Shown here one piece after another: positions 17,026 to 26,538 of a stretch of 64,000 bases of DNA. Numbering within the stretch: the stretch's first letter is position 1; the number at the start of each line of letters is the position of its first letter. The notes below the pieces were generated by a model. The model was not told the DNA's origin and did not search any database. It worked only from the letters and a program-made list of their open reading frames with translations. Location: the NCBI GenBank assembly GCA_965248195.1, contig CBDFIQ010000001.1, forward strand, positions 1,088,001 through 1,152,000. The letters run 5' to 3'. This DNA is from Longimicrobiales bacterium (GTDB taxonomy: Bacteria > Gemmatimonadota > Gemmatimonadetes > Longimicrobiales > Gaopeijiaceae). A program made the position numbers and the translations under genes.

Positions 17026-18401
17026 GGTCAAGTCCCGATTTGTGTGTAAAAGCGGAGGAAGCTCCTCGCCTTCGGCTAGGCTGCTTGGGCGACCTCCTGT
17101 TTCTGGAGGAGTGAGAGGTCGAGGTAACGCCGGTCGCCCCAGACGTGTGTGGTCCTGAGTGCGACGGCCGTGATGAGCCTGAGGGCGCTGGCCCGGTCCG
17201 GGAAGGCGCCGGCGGCCTTGATCCTGCGTTTGATCTCGCCGTGCAGCCGCTCGAGGCTGTTGGTGGTACGCAGCCGGGGCCAGTGCGCCTCGGGGAACGC
17301 GTAGAACTGCGTCGCTGCCCCGAAGCCCCGCTCCAGGACCTCCACGGCCTCGGGCAGCTCCTTCTTCCAGCGTGCGCCGAACTCGCCCAGGAGCTTCTTC
17401 GCCTCGGCGAGTCCGGATGTCTGGAAGATCACCGAGACCTCACGCGCCACGCGCTTGCGTAGGCGGTGGGGGACCCTCGCCCCCACATTACGCTGCAGAT
17501 GGACCGTACACCTCTGACGGCGTGCCTCGGGCAGGAAGCGGCGGACCGCAGCTGCCAGGCCTGCGTGCTCATCGGCGATCACGAGCTCGACACCGCCGAG
17601 GCCGCGGTCCTGGAGTTGCTCGAGGAGCTCCGACCAGCTCTGCTGCGACTCCTCAGCGCCCAGCGTGACGGCCAGGAGCCGTCGGTGACCCTCAGGGCCC
17701 ACTGCATACGCCACGAGCGCACTCACGTTCTCGACTTTGCGGGCCCAGCGGGCGTCCAAGAACGTGGCGTCCAGGTACAGATAGGGGTGAGGCCCCTCGA
17801 TCGGCGCACGGCGCAGCCCTTCCACGGCCTCGTCGAGCCGTTTTGCCACACGACTCACCGTCGAGCGCCCAACACGCTCGCCCATCAGCGCCTCGGTGAC
17901 GTCGCCCATCTTGCGCTGTGACACGCCGCTCACATACGCCTCGACCATCATCTCGTCGAGCTCGGGGCTCCTGCGCTGGTAGCGGCCGATCACGTCGGCC
18001 GGCGAACCGTTGTCCCGGCTCCGGGGCATGGCGACCTCGATCTGCCCCAGGCTCGTCAGCAGCCGCCTCAGGTATGTGCCGTTCCTATGGTCCTTCCGGC
18101 TTCCCACCCGCTCGAAGCGGCGTGCACCTACCATGGCCTTCAGCTCCTCTTCCAGCACCATCTCGAGCGTCAGCCGGATCGCGCCTTGAAACAGCTCGCG
18201 CAAATCATCGCGTAGCTCGTCTTGCGTGGCCCGACCGATCTCCACAATCTCTTGCATCGGAAGCTCCTCTCCGGTTCCGAGCCTGCTCTGCAGACCCGGA
18301 CTCCCGGGTTCATGTGACAGTGAACAACAACAGAGGAGCTTCCGTTTTTCTTTCCCTCCTGTCCAGCTTATCCGCTTTTACACAAATCTAGGGACACTAC
18401 C
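17026..18401 (-). mobile_element. IS256-family element, copy 2
   Basis: 9-bp duplication CTCTGCGAT (17017-17025, 18402-18410). Confidence 0.95.
17076..18257 (-). CDS. IS256-family transposase
   Basis: Identical to 8993-10174. Confidence 0.95.
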   Translation of the reverse strand: MQEIVEIGRATQDELRDDLRELFQGAIRLTLEMVLEEELKAMVGARRFERVGSRKDHRNGTYLRRLLTSLGQIEVAMPRSRDNGSPADVIGRYQRRSPELDEMMVEAYVSGVSQRKMGDVTEALMGERVGRSTVSRVAKRLDEAVEGLRRAPIEGPHPYLYLDATFLDARWARKVENVSALVAYAVGPEGHRRLLAVTLGAEESQQSWSELLEQLQDRGLGGVELVIADEHAGLAAAVRRFLPEARRQRCTVHLQRNVGARVPHRLRKRVAREVSVIFQTSGLAEAKKLLGEFGARWKKELPEAVEVLERGFGAATQFYAFPEAHWPRLRTTNSLERLHGEIKRRIKAAGAFPDRASALRLITAVALRTTHVWGDRRYLDLSLLQKQEVAQAA

Positions 18402-18414
18402 CTCTGCGATTCTG

Positions 18415-19575
18415 ATCTTATAAGGCGAAAGGCTGACCTCACTCGAGCGTGGCGTTACGCTGATCTTGCTCAAAGGCCTGCGGCACCCAACCCAAGGAGG
18501 CCAGCCATGTTTGTCGCAGGAATCGATGCTCACGCAACGTATTCGGTGATCGCCATCGTGAGCAACACAGGTCAGCTCGTTGCCGGACCCATCCGGATCA
18601 AGAACACGCAAGAGGATCGGCTCAATGATCTACTGGAGCAGTATCAGCCCCTGGAGGTGGTCGTCGAGACGAGTCCGGCCTGGCCGTGGCTCTTCGATCG
18701 ACTCCAAGAGCGGGGGATCGACTTCGTGCTCGCTCACGCCAAGCGGCTCCGAGTCATCGCCGAGTCCAACTACAAGAGTGACGACATCGACGCCGAGTTG
18801 TTGGCGCGTATGCGACTCGCGGGCCTCATCCCCGAGGTCCATCCGAAGTGCGTCGAGCAGCGGGAGCAGGCGGTACTGCTACGCAACCGGGCACGACTCG
18901 TACGCGAACGCACACGCATGGTGAACCGCATCCATGCCCAGATCCACAACGTCGGGCTTCATCTGGAGCGTGGGCGTCTGCTCACCCAGGATGGACGCCA
19001 GTGGGTGCATGACGTGGCGTGGCCGCTGCTCGGAGCCGAGCGGCGTCTGTTCATCGACATGCAGTGGGAACTCATCGACCAGATCGTGCCGATGATCAAA
19101 ACGCTTGATCGCAGGGTTGAGCACGTAGGCCGCAAGGTCCCCGCTGTAGCTCTGCTCGAGACCATCCCGGGCGTCGGTTCCTATCGGGCATTGCTCATCG
19201 CCACCGAGACGTTGCCCATCAAACGATTTCGTACACCGGGGCACCTGGTCAGCTACGCCGGTCTAGCCCCTCGCTCCTCACAGTCAGGGCTCCGGCCCAT
19301 CCGCCACGGATCGATCCCCGCCGGGGCCAACCGTTGGCTGAGGGGCACCTTCGTCCGGACCGTCGTGAGCCACGTCACTCACGCGCCCGACAGCTGGCTA
19401 TCACAGTCGTACGAACTGATCAGGCAACGGCTCGGGTGGCAGGTCGCTCGGGTCGCTACCGCTCGGCGCCTCGCTCGTGCTGTGCACGCGATGCTCCGTA
19501 CGGGTGAGGTCTGGCACGATGAACCCGTGGCTCGATCAAACTGAGATGACACACGATGATGGACCGTACCACGAC
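18415..19575 (+). mobile_element. IS110/IS1111 element, copy 3, right end truncated
   Basis: Left end ATCTTATAAGG follows the core TG; cut by IS256 31 nt after the stop, so the RNA region is lost. Confidence 0.9.
18507..19544 (+). CDS. IS110-family recombinase
   Basis: Protein identical to 1579-2616. Confidence 0.95.
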   Translation: MFVAGIDAHATYSVIAIVSNTGQLVAGPIRIKNTQEDRLNDLLEQYQPLEVVVETSPAWPWLFDRLQERGIDFVLAHAKRLRVIAESNYKSDDIDAELLARMRLAGLIPEVHPKCVEQREQAVLLRNRARLVRERTRMVNRIHAQIHNVGLHLERGRLLTQDGRQWVHDVAWPLLGAERRLFIDMQWELIDQIVPMIKTLDRRVEHVGRKVPAVALLETIPGVGSYRALLIATETLPIKRFRTPGHLVSYAGLAPRSSQSGLRPIRHGSIPAGANRWLRGTFVRTVVSHVTHAPDSWLSQSYELIRQRLGWQVARVATARRLARAVHAMLRTGEVWHDEPVARSN

Positions 19576-20951
19576 GGTAGTGTCCCTAGATTTGTGTAAA
19601 AGCGGATAAGCTGGACAGGAGGGAAAGAAAAACGGAAGCTCCTCTGTTGTTGTTCACTGTCACATGAACCCGGGAGTCCGGGTCTGCAGAGCAGGCTCGG
19701 AACCGGAGAGGAGCTTCCGATGCAAGAGATTGTGGAGATCGGTCGGGCCACGCAAGACGAGCTACGCGATGATTTGCGCGAGCTGTTTCAAGGCGCGATC
19801 CGGCTGACGCTCGAGATGGTGCTGGAAGAGGAGCTGAAGGCCATGGTAGGTGCACGCCGCTTCGAGCGGGTGGGAAGCCGGAAGGACCATAGGAACGGCA
19901 CATACCTGAGGCGGCTGCTGACGAGCCTGGGGCAGATCGAGGTCGCCATGCCCCGGAGCCGGGACAACGGTTCGCCGGCCGACGTGATCGGCCGCTACCA
20001 GCGCAGGAGCCCCGAGCTCGACGAGATGATGGTCGAGGCGTATGTGAGCGGCGTGTCACAGCGCAAGATGGGCGACGTCACCGAGGCGCTGATGGGCGAG
20101 CGTGTTGGGCGCTCGACGGTGAGTCGTGTGGCAAAACGGCTCGACGAGGCCGTGGAAGGGCTGCGCCGTGCGCCGATCGAGGGGCCTCACCCCTATCTGT
20201 ACCTGGACGCCACGTTCTTGGACGCCCGCTGGGCCCGCAAAGTCGAGAACGTGAGTGCGCTCGTGGCGTATGCAGTGGGCCCTGAGGGTCACCGACGGCT
20301 CCTGGCCGTCACGCTGGGCGCTGAGGAGTCGCAGCAGAGCTGGTCGGAGCTCCTCGAGCAACTCCAGGACCGCGGCCTCGGCGGTGTCGAGCTCGTGATC
20401 GCCGATGAGCACGCAGGCCTGGCAGCTGCGGTCCGCCGCTTCCTGCCCGAGGCACGCCGTCAGAGGTGTACGGTCCATCTGCAGCGTAATGTGGGGGCGA
20501 GGGTCCCCCACCGCCTACGCAAGCGCGTGGCGCGTGAGGTCTCGGTGATCTTCCAGACATCCGGACTCGCCGAGGCGAAGAAGCTCCTGGGCGAGTTCGG
20601 CGCACGCTGGAAGAAGGAGCTGCCCGAGGCCGTGGAGGTCCTGGAGCGGGGCTTCGGGGCAGCGACGCAGTTCTACGCGTTCCCCGAGGCGCACTGGCCC
20701 CGGCTGCGTACCACCAACAGCCTCGAGCGGCTGCACGGCGAGATCAAACGCAGGATCAAGGCCGCCGGCGCCTTCCCGGACCGGGCCAGCGCCCTCAGGC
20801 TCATCACGGCCGTCGCACTCAGGACCACACACGTCTGGGGCGACCGGCGTTACCTCGACCTCTCACTCCTCCAGAAACAGGAGGTCGCCCAAGCAGCCTA
20901 GCCGAAGGCGAGGAGCTTCCTCCGCTTTTACACACAAATCGGGACTTGACC
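19576..20951 (+). mobile_element. IS256-family element, copy 3
   Basis: Same IRs; right flank TCCTGAACC matches the outer flank of copy 4. Confidence 0.93.
19720..20901 (+). CDS. IS256-family transposase
   Basis: Identical to 8993-10174. Confidence 0.95.
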   Translation: MQEIVEIGRATQDELRDDLRELFQGAIRLTLEMVLEEELKAMVGARRFERVGSRKDHRNGTYLRRLLTSLGQIEVAMPRSRDNGSPADVIGRYQRRSPELDEMMVEAYVSGVSQRKMGDVTEALMGERVGRSTVSRVAKRLDEAVEGLRRAPIEGPHPYLYLDATFLDARWARKVENVSALVAYAVGPEGHRRLLAVTLGAEESQQSWSELLEQLQDRGLGGVELVIADEHAGLAAAVRRFLPEARRQRCTVHLQRNVGARVPHRLRKRVAREVSVIFQTSGLAEAKKLLGEFGARWKKELPEAVEVLERGFGAATQFYAFPEAHWPRLRTTNSLERLHGEIKRRIKAAGAFPDRASALRLITAVALRTTHVWGDRRYLDLSLLQKQEVAQAA

Positions 20952-21010
20952 TCCTGAACCGGGGTGGCTTGGGCATACGTAGCCCCTTGGACACCATCTG
21001 GGAGCCGTAG
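20952..21010 (+). pseudogene. intI: displaced C-terminal tail of the integron integrase
   Basis: Encodes LNRGGLGIRSPLDTIWEP*, the typical IntI ending; joins 24711 through the 9-bp duplication. Confidence 0.88.
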
Positions 21011-21232
21011 CTGTGGATCGTCCTAAGGTTTCCTCTCGATCCCTGCGTCCGAGGCGTTGTCCTACTGCCCGCGCAATGGGGCAATATGCAGCCTCCCCGG
21101 CCCAGTCTAACCAGTGTCTTCGGAGTGCGAGCAGTTTGGATTAGTCCCAAGGATCTGGCGCAAAGTCGACCCCTCCAGGTATTCTCTGCGCGTGTATACG
21201 TTCGATGCTTTGGCCCTGTCACTGCGAAAAGT

Positions 21233-21253
21233 GTCGAATAAAAGGAGTTAGGC
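21233..21253 (+). other. attI: probable attI
   Basis: GTCGAAT-AAAAGGA-GTTAGGC: degenerate L box, A-rich spacer and GTTRRRY, between the intI tail and the first cassette ORF; no attC palindrome. Confidence 0.6.
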
Positions 21254-21617
21254 TGATGTCTTCAGGCCTAGTGTTGACGTAGCACGCGATGGATGGAATT
21301 CTAGGTTGTCCCGAACCGGAGTGAGCGGTGCGCTACAGCGGCAAGTCACTTCTGGTGGTAGCAGCGCTCTTCGCGCTAGCTCTCGTGGCTGCCTGGGTAC
21401 TCTACGGGCAGCTTCAATCTGTGGCAGAAGGGACATATGCGGGTTTCAAACTAGGCGGAGCCGTCGCCGTCTTCGTGGTTGTGTTCCTACTGCTCCGAGC
21501 CACCTACGAACGCACACTGGGGAAGAGCGTCGTAAAGGTCCAAGTGAGCTTTGCAAACGGTCAAGTTCCCCCCGGTGCGGAACCTGTCAACGACAATGGG
21601 ACACTCTACGGGATTAA

Positions 21618-22625
21618 TTAGAGAGCAATATCCTGTGTGGTGAGGGAAGGGATGGGAGGATTGATGTAGACGGCCTCCGGGAGCGGTTTGGGCTTCGGCA
21701 CACCTGTGACGAAGCGTTCGGGATGAGCGGCCCATGCTTCGCGGAGCACGGATTTCCTGCCGGCAATGACCTGATCGGCGTTCCCGAAGTGGACCTGCTC
21801 GGGGGTTAGCATCGAGATACCGCCATGGCGGTGCTCGGCATTGTACCAGCGGAAGAACGATCGACACAACGTCTTGGCCTGGCCCTGATCCCCGAACCGC
21901 CCGGGAAACGAGGGATGGTACTTCAAGGTTTTGAACTGAGCCTCGGAAAACGGGTTGTCATCCGACACCTGAGGCCGGCTCAACGAGCGAGTCACGCCGA
22001 GGTCAGCGAGAAGTTGAGCGGTGCATTGGCTCGTCATTGGAGCTCCCCGATCCGAGTGCAGGGTCAGGACCCGGGGCTGGACGCCATGCTTCAGGCAGCT
22101 CTGCTGGATCAACCGGCCGGCCAGGGCCGAGTTCTCCCGGTCCGCCACCATCCAGCCCACGACGTAGCGGCTGTAGATGTCCATGATGACGTAGAGGTAG
22201 TAATAGCTCCACTTCTTCGGCCCGAGTAGCCGCGTGATATCCCAGGACCACACCTGGTTCGGCGCCGTGGCCATCAACTCGGGCTTCTTGTACTCGGGAT
22301 GGGTGCGCTGCGCCCGGCGTTCCTGAACCGGCACCTCGGAGGCCAGAACACGATACATCGTGCGTTCGCTGCACAGGTAGACCTCTTCGTCGAGCAGCGT
22401 GGCCACCACCTCGGCGGGTGAGCGGTCCACGAACCGCTCCGAACACAGCGTGTCGAAGACCTCGCCTCGTTCCGTCTCGCTCAATGCCCGGGCGGGCGTC
22501 GGGCGGGGCTGCCGTTGCCCGGTCGATGGGCCTCGACGACGGTAGAACGTCGATCGGGAGACCTCGAGAGCCGCGCACGCCGGTTTTACACCGACGTGCT
22601 TAGCCAGCTCATCGGCCGCCTTCAA
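21618..22625 (-). CDS. IS3-family OrfB
   Basis: Identical to 4031-5038. Confidence 0.93.
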   Translation of the reverse strand: MKAADELAKHVGVKPACAALEVSRSTFYRRRGPSTGQRQPRPTPARALSETERGEVFDTLCSERFVDRSPAEVVATLLDEEVYLCSERTMYRVLASEVPVQERRAQRTHPEYKKPELMATAPNQVWSWDITRLLGPKKWSYYYLYVIMDIYSRYVVGWMVADRENSALAGRLIQQSCLKHGVQPRVLTLHSDRGAPMTSQCTAQLLADLGVTRSLSRPQVSDDNPFSEAQFKTLKYHPSFPGRFGDQGQAKTLCRSFFRWYNAEHRHGGISMLTPEQVHFGNADQVIAGRKSVLREAWAAHPERFVTGVPKPKPLPEAVYINPPIPSLTTQDIAL

Positions 22626-23071
22626 GAGTTCGTCCCGTCGTCGAGGCTTATCCCCAGCAGCCCCGCAACTTTTCCCTGCACGTCGATGATCAGGTGTGCC
22701 TTCCTGAGCTCATTCTCGAGCCGTGCGTTTTGCCGCTCCAGCTTGCGTACCTTCTCATCCAGCGGATTCCGCTCCGGCTTGCGGCCGCGTTTCTTCGACA
22801 GGGCCTTCAGCGACCCGCTATGCGCCGCCTTGCGCCACGTCGTCAGGTGCGACGAGTACAGGCCCTCGCGCCGCAGGAGCTGACCCACCTCGCCGGGCTC
22901 GGTGCACCGGTCCGCTTCTTCGACGATCCGCAGCTTGTACGATGGACTGAACCGCCGGCGTAGCGGCCTATCTACTACCTCCGGGTCCGCAGGAGCTGCC
23001 GCGCTTCGCTTGGCCTCCCCGATTCCAGGGGCACTACCATTCTCTTCCATTCTCTCTCGCAGTCCCAACAT
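22622..23071 (-). CDS. IS3-family OrfA
   Basis: Identical to 5035-5484. Confidence 0.9.
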   Translation of the reverse strand: MLGLRERMEENGSAPGIGEAKRSAAAPADPEVVDRPLRRRFSPSYKLRIVEEADRCTEPGEVGQLLRREGLYSSHLTTWRKAAHSGSLKALSKKRGRKPERNPLDEKVRKLERQNARLENELRKAHLIIDVQGKVAGLLGISLDDGTNS

Positions 23072-23334
23072 GTTCGTTTTCTCTGCCTTCGCCCTACTCT
23101 AATTCTTTGCGTGCTCCGTGTCTCACGTACGTTGGCAGAGAGGGGTGCAGCCGATTCCAAGTGTACCTACTCGCTCTACAATCGTGATACGCTAGAACAG
23201 CTTGACGGCCAGCCCGCAAAGCTGCTCAAGGAAGGAGCAGGTTTGGTTTTCTACGTTGAGTCCCAGAGCGCCCACGATTTGATCAAGGTCGACCTTGAAG
23301 CCACAAATGGGGTAACATGGCAAAGTGGGTATTG

Positions 23335-24710
23335 GGTCAAGTCCCGATTTGTGTGTAAAAGCGGAGGAAGCTCCTCGCCTTCGGCTAGGCTGCTTGGGCG
23401 ACCTCCTGTTTCTGGAGGAGTGAGAGGTCGAGGTAACGCCGGTCGCCCCAGACGTGTGTGGTCCTGAGTGCGACGGCCGTGATGAGCCTGAGGGCGCTGG
23501 CCCGGTCCGGGAAGGCGCCGGCGGCCTTGATCCTGCGTTTGATCTCGCCGTGCAGCCGCTCGAGGCTGTTGGTGGTACGCAGCCGGGGCCAGTGCGCCTC
23601 GGGGAACGCGTAGAACTGCGTCGCTGCCCCGAAGCCCCGCTCCAGGACCTCCACGGCCTCGGGCAGCTCCTTCTTCCAGCGTGCGCCGAACTCGCCCAGG
23701 AGCTTCTTCGCCTCGGCGAGTCCGGATGTCTGGAAGATCACCGAGACCTCACGCGCCACGCGCTTGCGTAGGCGGTGGGGGACCCTCGCCCCCACATTAC
23801 GCTGCAGATGGACCGTACACCTCTGACGGCGTGCCTCGGGCAGGAAGCGGCGGACCGCAGCTGCCAGGCCTGCGTGCTCATCGGCGATCACGAGCTCGAC
23901 ACCGCCGAGGCCGCGGTCCTGGAGTTGCTCGAGGAGCTCCGACCAGCTCTGCTGCGACTCCTCAGCGCCCAGCGTGACGGCCAGGAGCCGTCGGTGACCC
24001 TCAGGGCCCACTGCATACGCCACGAGCGCACTCACGTTCTCGACTTTGCGGGCCCAGCGGGCGTCCAAGAACGTGGCGTCCAGGTACAGATAGGGGTGAG
24101 GCCCCTCGATCGGCGCACGGCGCAGCCCTTCCACGGCCTCGTCGAGCCGTTTTGCCACACGACTCACCGTCGAGCGCCCAACACGCTCGCCCATCAGCGC
24201 CTCGGTGACGTCGCCCATCTTGCGCTGTGACACGCCGCTCACATACGCCTCGACCATCATCTCGTCGAGCTCGGGGCTCCTGCGCTGGTAGCGGCCGATC
24301 ACGTCGGCCGGCGAACCGTTGTCCCGGCTCCGGGGCATGGCGACCTCGATCTGCCCCAGGCTCGTCAGCAGCCGCCTCAGGTATGTGCCGTTCCTATGGT
24401 CCTTCCGGCTTCCCACCCGCTCGAAGCGGCGTGCACCTACCATGGCCTTCAGCTCCTCTTCCAGCACCATCTCGAGCGTCAGCCGGATCGCGCCTTGAAA
24501 CAGCTCGCGCAAATCATCGCGTAGCTCGTCTTGCGTGGCCCGACCGATCTCCACAATCTCTTGCATCGGAAGCTCCTCTCCGGTTCCGAGCCTGCTCTGC
24601 AGACCCGGACTCCCGGGTTCATGTGACAGTGAACAACAACAGAGGAGCTTCCGTTTTTCTTTCCCTCCTGTCCAGCTTATCCGCTTTTACACAAATCTAG
24701 GGACACTACC
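23335..24710 (-). mobile_element. IS256-family element, copy 4
   Basis: Same IRs; abuts intI. Confidence 0.93.
23385..24566 (-). CDS. IS256-family transposase
   Basis: Identical to 8993-10174. Confidence 0.95.
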   Translation of the reverse strand: MQEIVEIGRATQDELRDDLRELFQGAIRLTLEMVLEEELKAMVGARRFERVGSRKDHRNGTYLRRLLTSLGQIEVAMPRSRDNGSPADVIGRYQRRSPELDEMMVEAYVSGVSQRKMGDVTEALMGERVGRSTVSRVAKRLDEAVEGLRRAPIEGPHPYLYLDATFLDARWARKVENVSALVAYAVGPEGHRRLLAVTLGAEESQQSWSELLEQLQDRGLGGVELVIADEHAGLAAAVRRFLPEARRQRCTVHLQRNVGARVPHRLRKRVAREVSVIFQTSGLAEAKKLLGEFGARWKKELPEAVEVLERGFGAATQFYAFPEAHWPRLRTTNSLERLHGEIKRRIKAAGAFPDRASALRLITAVALRTTHVWGDRRYLDLSLLQKQEVAQAA

Positions 24711-25266
24711 GGTTCAGGACGTGGGTGTAGATCATGGTGGTCTTCACGCTTCGGTGTCCAAGTAGCTCCTGGATGGTGCGTATGTCGTAGCCATCCTCGA
24801 GTAGGTGAGTGGCGAAGGAATGCCGGAGGGTGTGGCAGGTGACTCGCTTGGTGAGCCCGAGAACCCGGACCGCGGTTTTCAGAGCTCGTTGCACGGACGT
24901 GGGGTGGAGGTGAAATCTGCCCCGAGCTCCGGTGAGCGGGTCCGCGGTGAAGGTCGAGGCGGCAAAGAGGAACTGCCAACCCAACTCGACGCCCGACCTC
25001 GGTGATTTCGTCGCATACATCCCCGGCAGCACCGCCCAGCCGAAGCCAGCCGCGAGGTCCTTTTCGTGGATGGCGCGGCGCCGTTCGATCTGCTCCTTTA
25101 GTGGGCCGACCAGCACCGCGGGAACCACAGAGACCCGCTCCCTGCCACCTTTCGCCCCCCGGACCCTCAGCTCTCGACCATCGAGATCCAGGTCCTTCAC
25201 CCTCAGTTGGAGTCCCTCTTTCAGTCGGAGACCCGAGCCGTAAAGCACGTGCCCAGCTAAAGGGCG
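24711..25266 (-). pseudogene. intI: integron integrase catalytic domain; N-terminus missing, C-terminus split off
   Basis: LYGSGLR, HTLRHSFATHLL, LLGH..TTMIYTH, plus the IntI-specific insertion (HEKDLAAGFG..LP....K.P.....GWQFLF). Confidence 0.92.
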
Positions 25267-26334
25267 CTACTCTCCGGCCGCAGCCTCCTTCTCCTCCCCA
25301 TCCTTCCGGGTGAGCGCCGCGAGGTCGCGAATCTCTCCCGGCCGGCGGTCGTCTCCGAGCGCGCCCATCCACGCGGGGTACCCCAAGGGGATCTTGCTCA
25401 CTTCGTCGAGGCGTGCGACCTCGTCGTCGGTGAGCGTGACATCGACGGATCCGAGATTGTCCTCCAGTTGGTCCATCCGCTTAGCCCCGATGATCACGCT
25501 GGTGATGGGCTCTTTATGGAGAAGCCAGGCCAGGCCCACCTGGGCGACCGACACCTCGTGCGTCTTGGCGATGGGCTGCATCATGTCCACGATGTCGTAG
25601 CCCTGCTCCTTGTCGATCGGCGGGAAGTCGAAGGTGGCTCGGCGCGTGCCGTCCGGGCTGGCCTCACGCGTGAACTTTCCGGAAAGAAAGCCCCCAGCGA
25701 GCGGGCTCCAAACGAGGAGCCCGAGCCCCTGGTCCTGGATCAGCGGAATGGTCTGCTGCTCCAACTCCCGTCCGGCCAACGAATAATAGGACTGCGTGCA
25801 CTTGAAGGACTCGAGGCCCCGCTGCTCCGAAACTCCCAGCGCCTGCATCAGCTCCCACGCCTCCATGTTGGAGCACCCGATGTAACGGACTTTGCCGGCC
25901 CGGACGAGATCGGTCAGCGCGATGAGCGTCTCTTCGATGTGGGTCTCGGGATCGGAGCGGTGGATCTGATAGAGATCGATGTAGTCGGTGCCGAGACGTT
26001 TCAGACTCGCTTCAGCGGCCTGAATGATGTGCAGCCGCGAGAGCCCGACCTCGTTCGCGCCCGGCCCCATGCGACCGCGCACCTTGGTCGCGATCACCAC
26101 GTCCTGACGCTTGCCCTTCAACGATCGACCGAGAATCTCTTCGGACTCACCGGACGAGTACATATCGGCTGTGTCGAAGAAGTTGATGCCTTCATCGATC
26201 GAGCGATGCACCAACGCGTCGGACTCCTTCTGGCCGAGGGCGCCGATCGCTTCCCATTGGCTGCCGAAGGTCATTGTGCCGAGGCAGAGCTCCGAGACGA
26301 AGACACCGGTGTTGGCGAGCGGGCGGTATTTCAT
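25267..26334 (-). CDS. aldo/keto reductase
   Basis: LCLGTMTFG, DTADMY, IATK, DYIDLYQIH, WSPLAGG. Confidence 0.93.
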   Translation of the reverse strand: MKYRPLANTGVFVSELCLGTMTFGSQWEAIGALGQKESDALVHRSIDEGINFFDTADMYSSGESEEILGRSLKGKRQDVVIATKVRGRMGPGANEVGLSRLHIIQAAEASLKRLGTDYIDLYQIHRSDPETHIEETLIALTDLVRAGKVRYIGCSNMEAWELMQALGVSEQRGLESFKCTQSYYSLAGRELEQQTIPLIQDQGLGLLVWSPLAGGFLSGKFTREASPDGTRRATFDFPPIDKEQGYDIVDMMQPIAKTHEVSVAQVGLAWLLHKEPITSVIIGAKRMDQLEDNLGSVDVTLTDDEVARLDEVSKIPLGYPAWMGALGDDRRPGEIRDLAALTRKDGEEKEAAAGE

Positions 26335-26538
26335 GGGTTCATTTCTCCGGACTGACGGACGTGAGGTCGCACGGGACGGCCCCGCAGGATGATCGCGCGG
26401 GCCGTTGCTGTGCCAAGTATATCGGCTGCTTCGACTATGGTCCACGAGCGCCGACCCTCCCGGCCAAGAATACCGGCTCTACGGATGGTGGGCTACATTC
26501 ATCCTTCGCTTCGAGCCTTCGACCTCAGCCAATTCAGT

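Larger units (their letters stand above)
17008..18414 (-). other. attC: attC right half, hit by IS256 and by IS110 copy 3; left half lost
   Basis: CTCTAACGTCTCTGCGAT|IS256|CTCTGCGATTCTG|IS110. Confidence 0.85.
21578..23144 (-). mobile_element. IS3-family element, copy 3, 1567 bp
   Basis: GTG/GTG duplication; same ends and proteins as copy 1. Confidence 0.93.
21328..23334 (+). pseudogene. membrane protein cassette gene interrupted by IS3 and truncated by IS256
   Basis: Removing 21578-23147 gives in-frame ..QVPPGAADSKCTYSLY..; two N-terminal TM helices. Confidence 0.75.

Noticed and set aside
17026..20951. IS256 composite transposon carrying IS110
   Set aside because: Copy 2 has its own 9-bp duplication, so it inserted independently.
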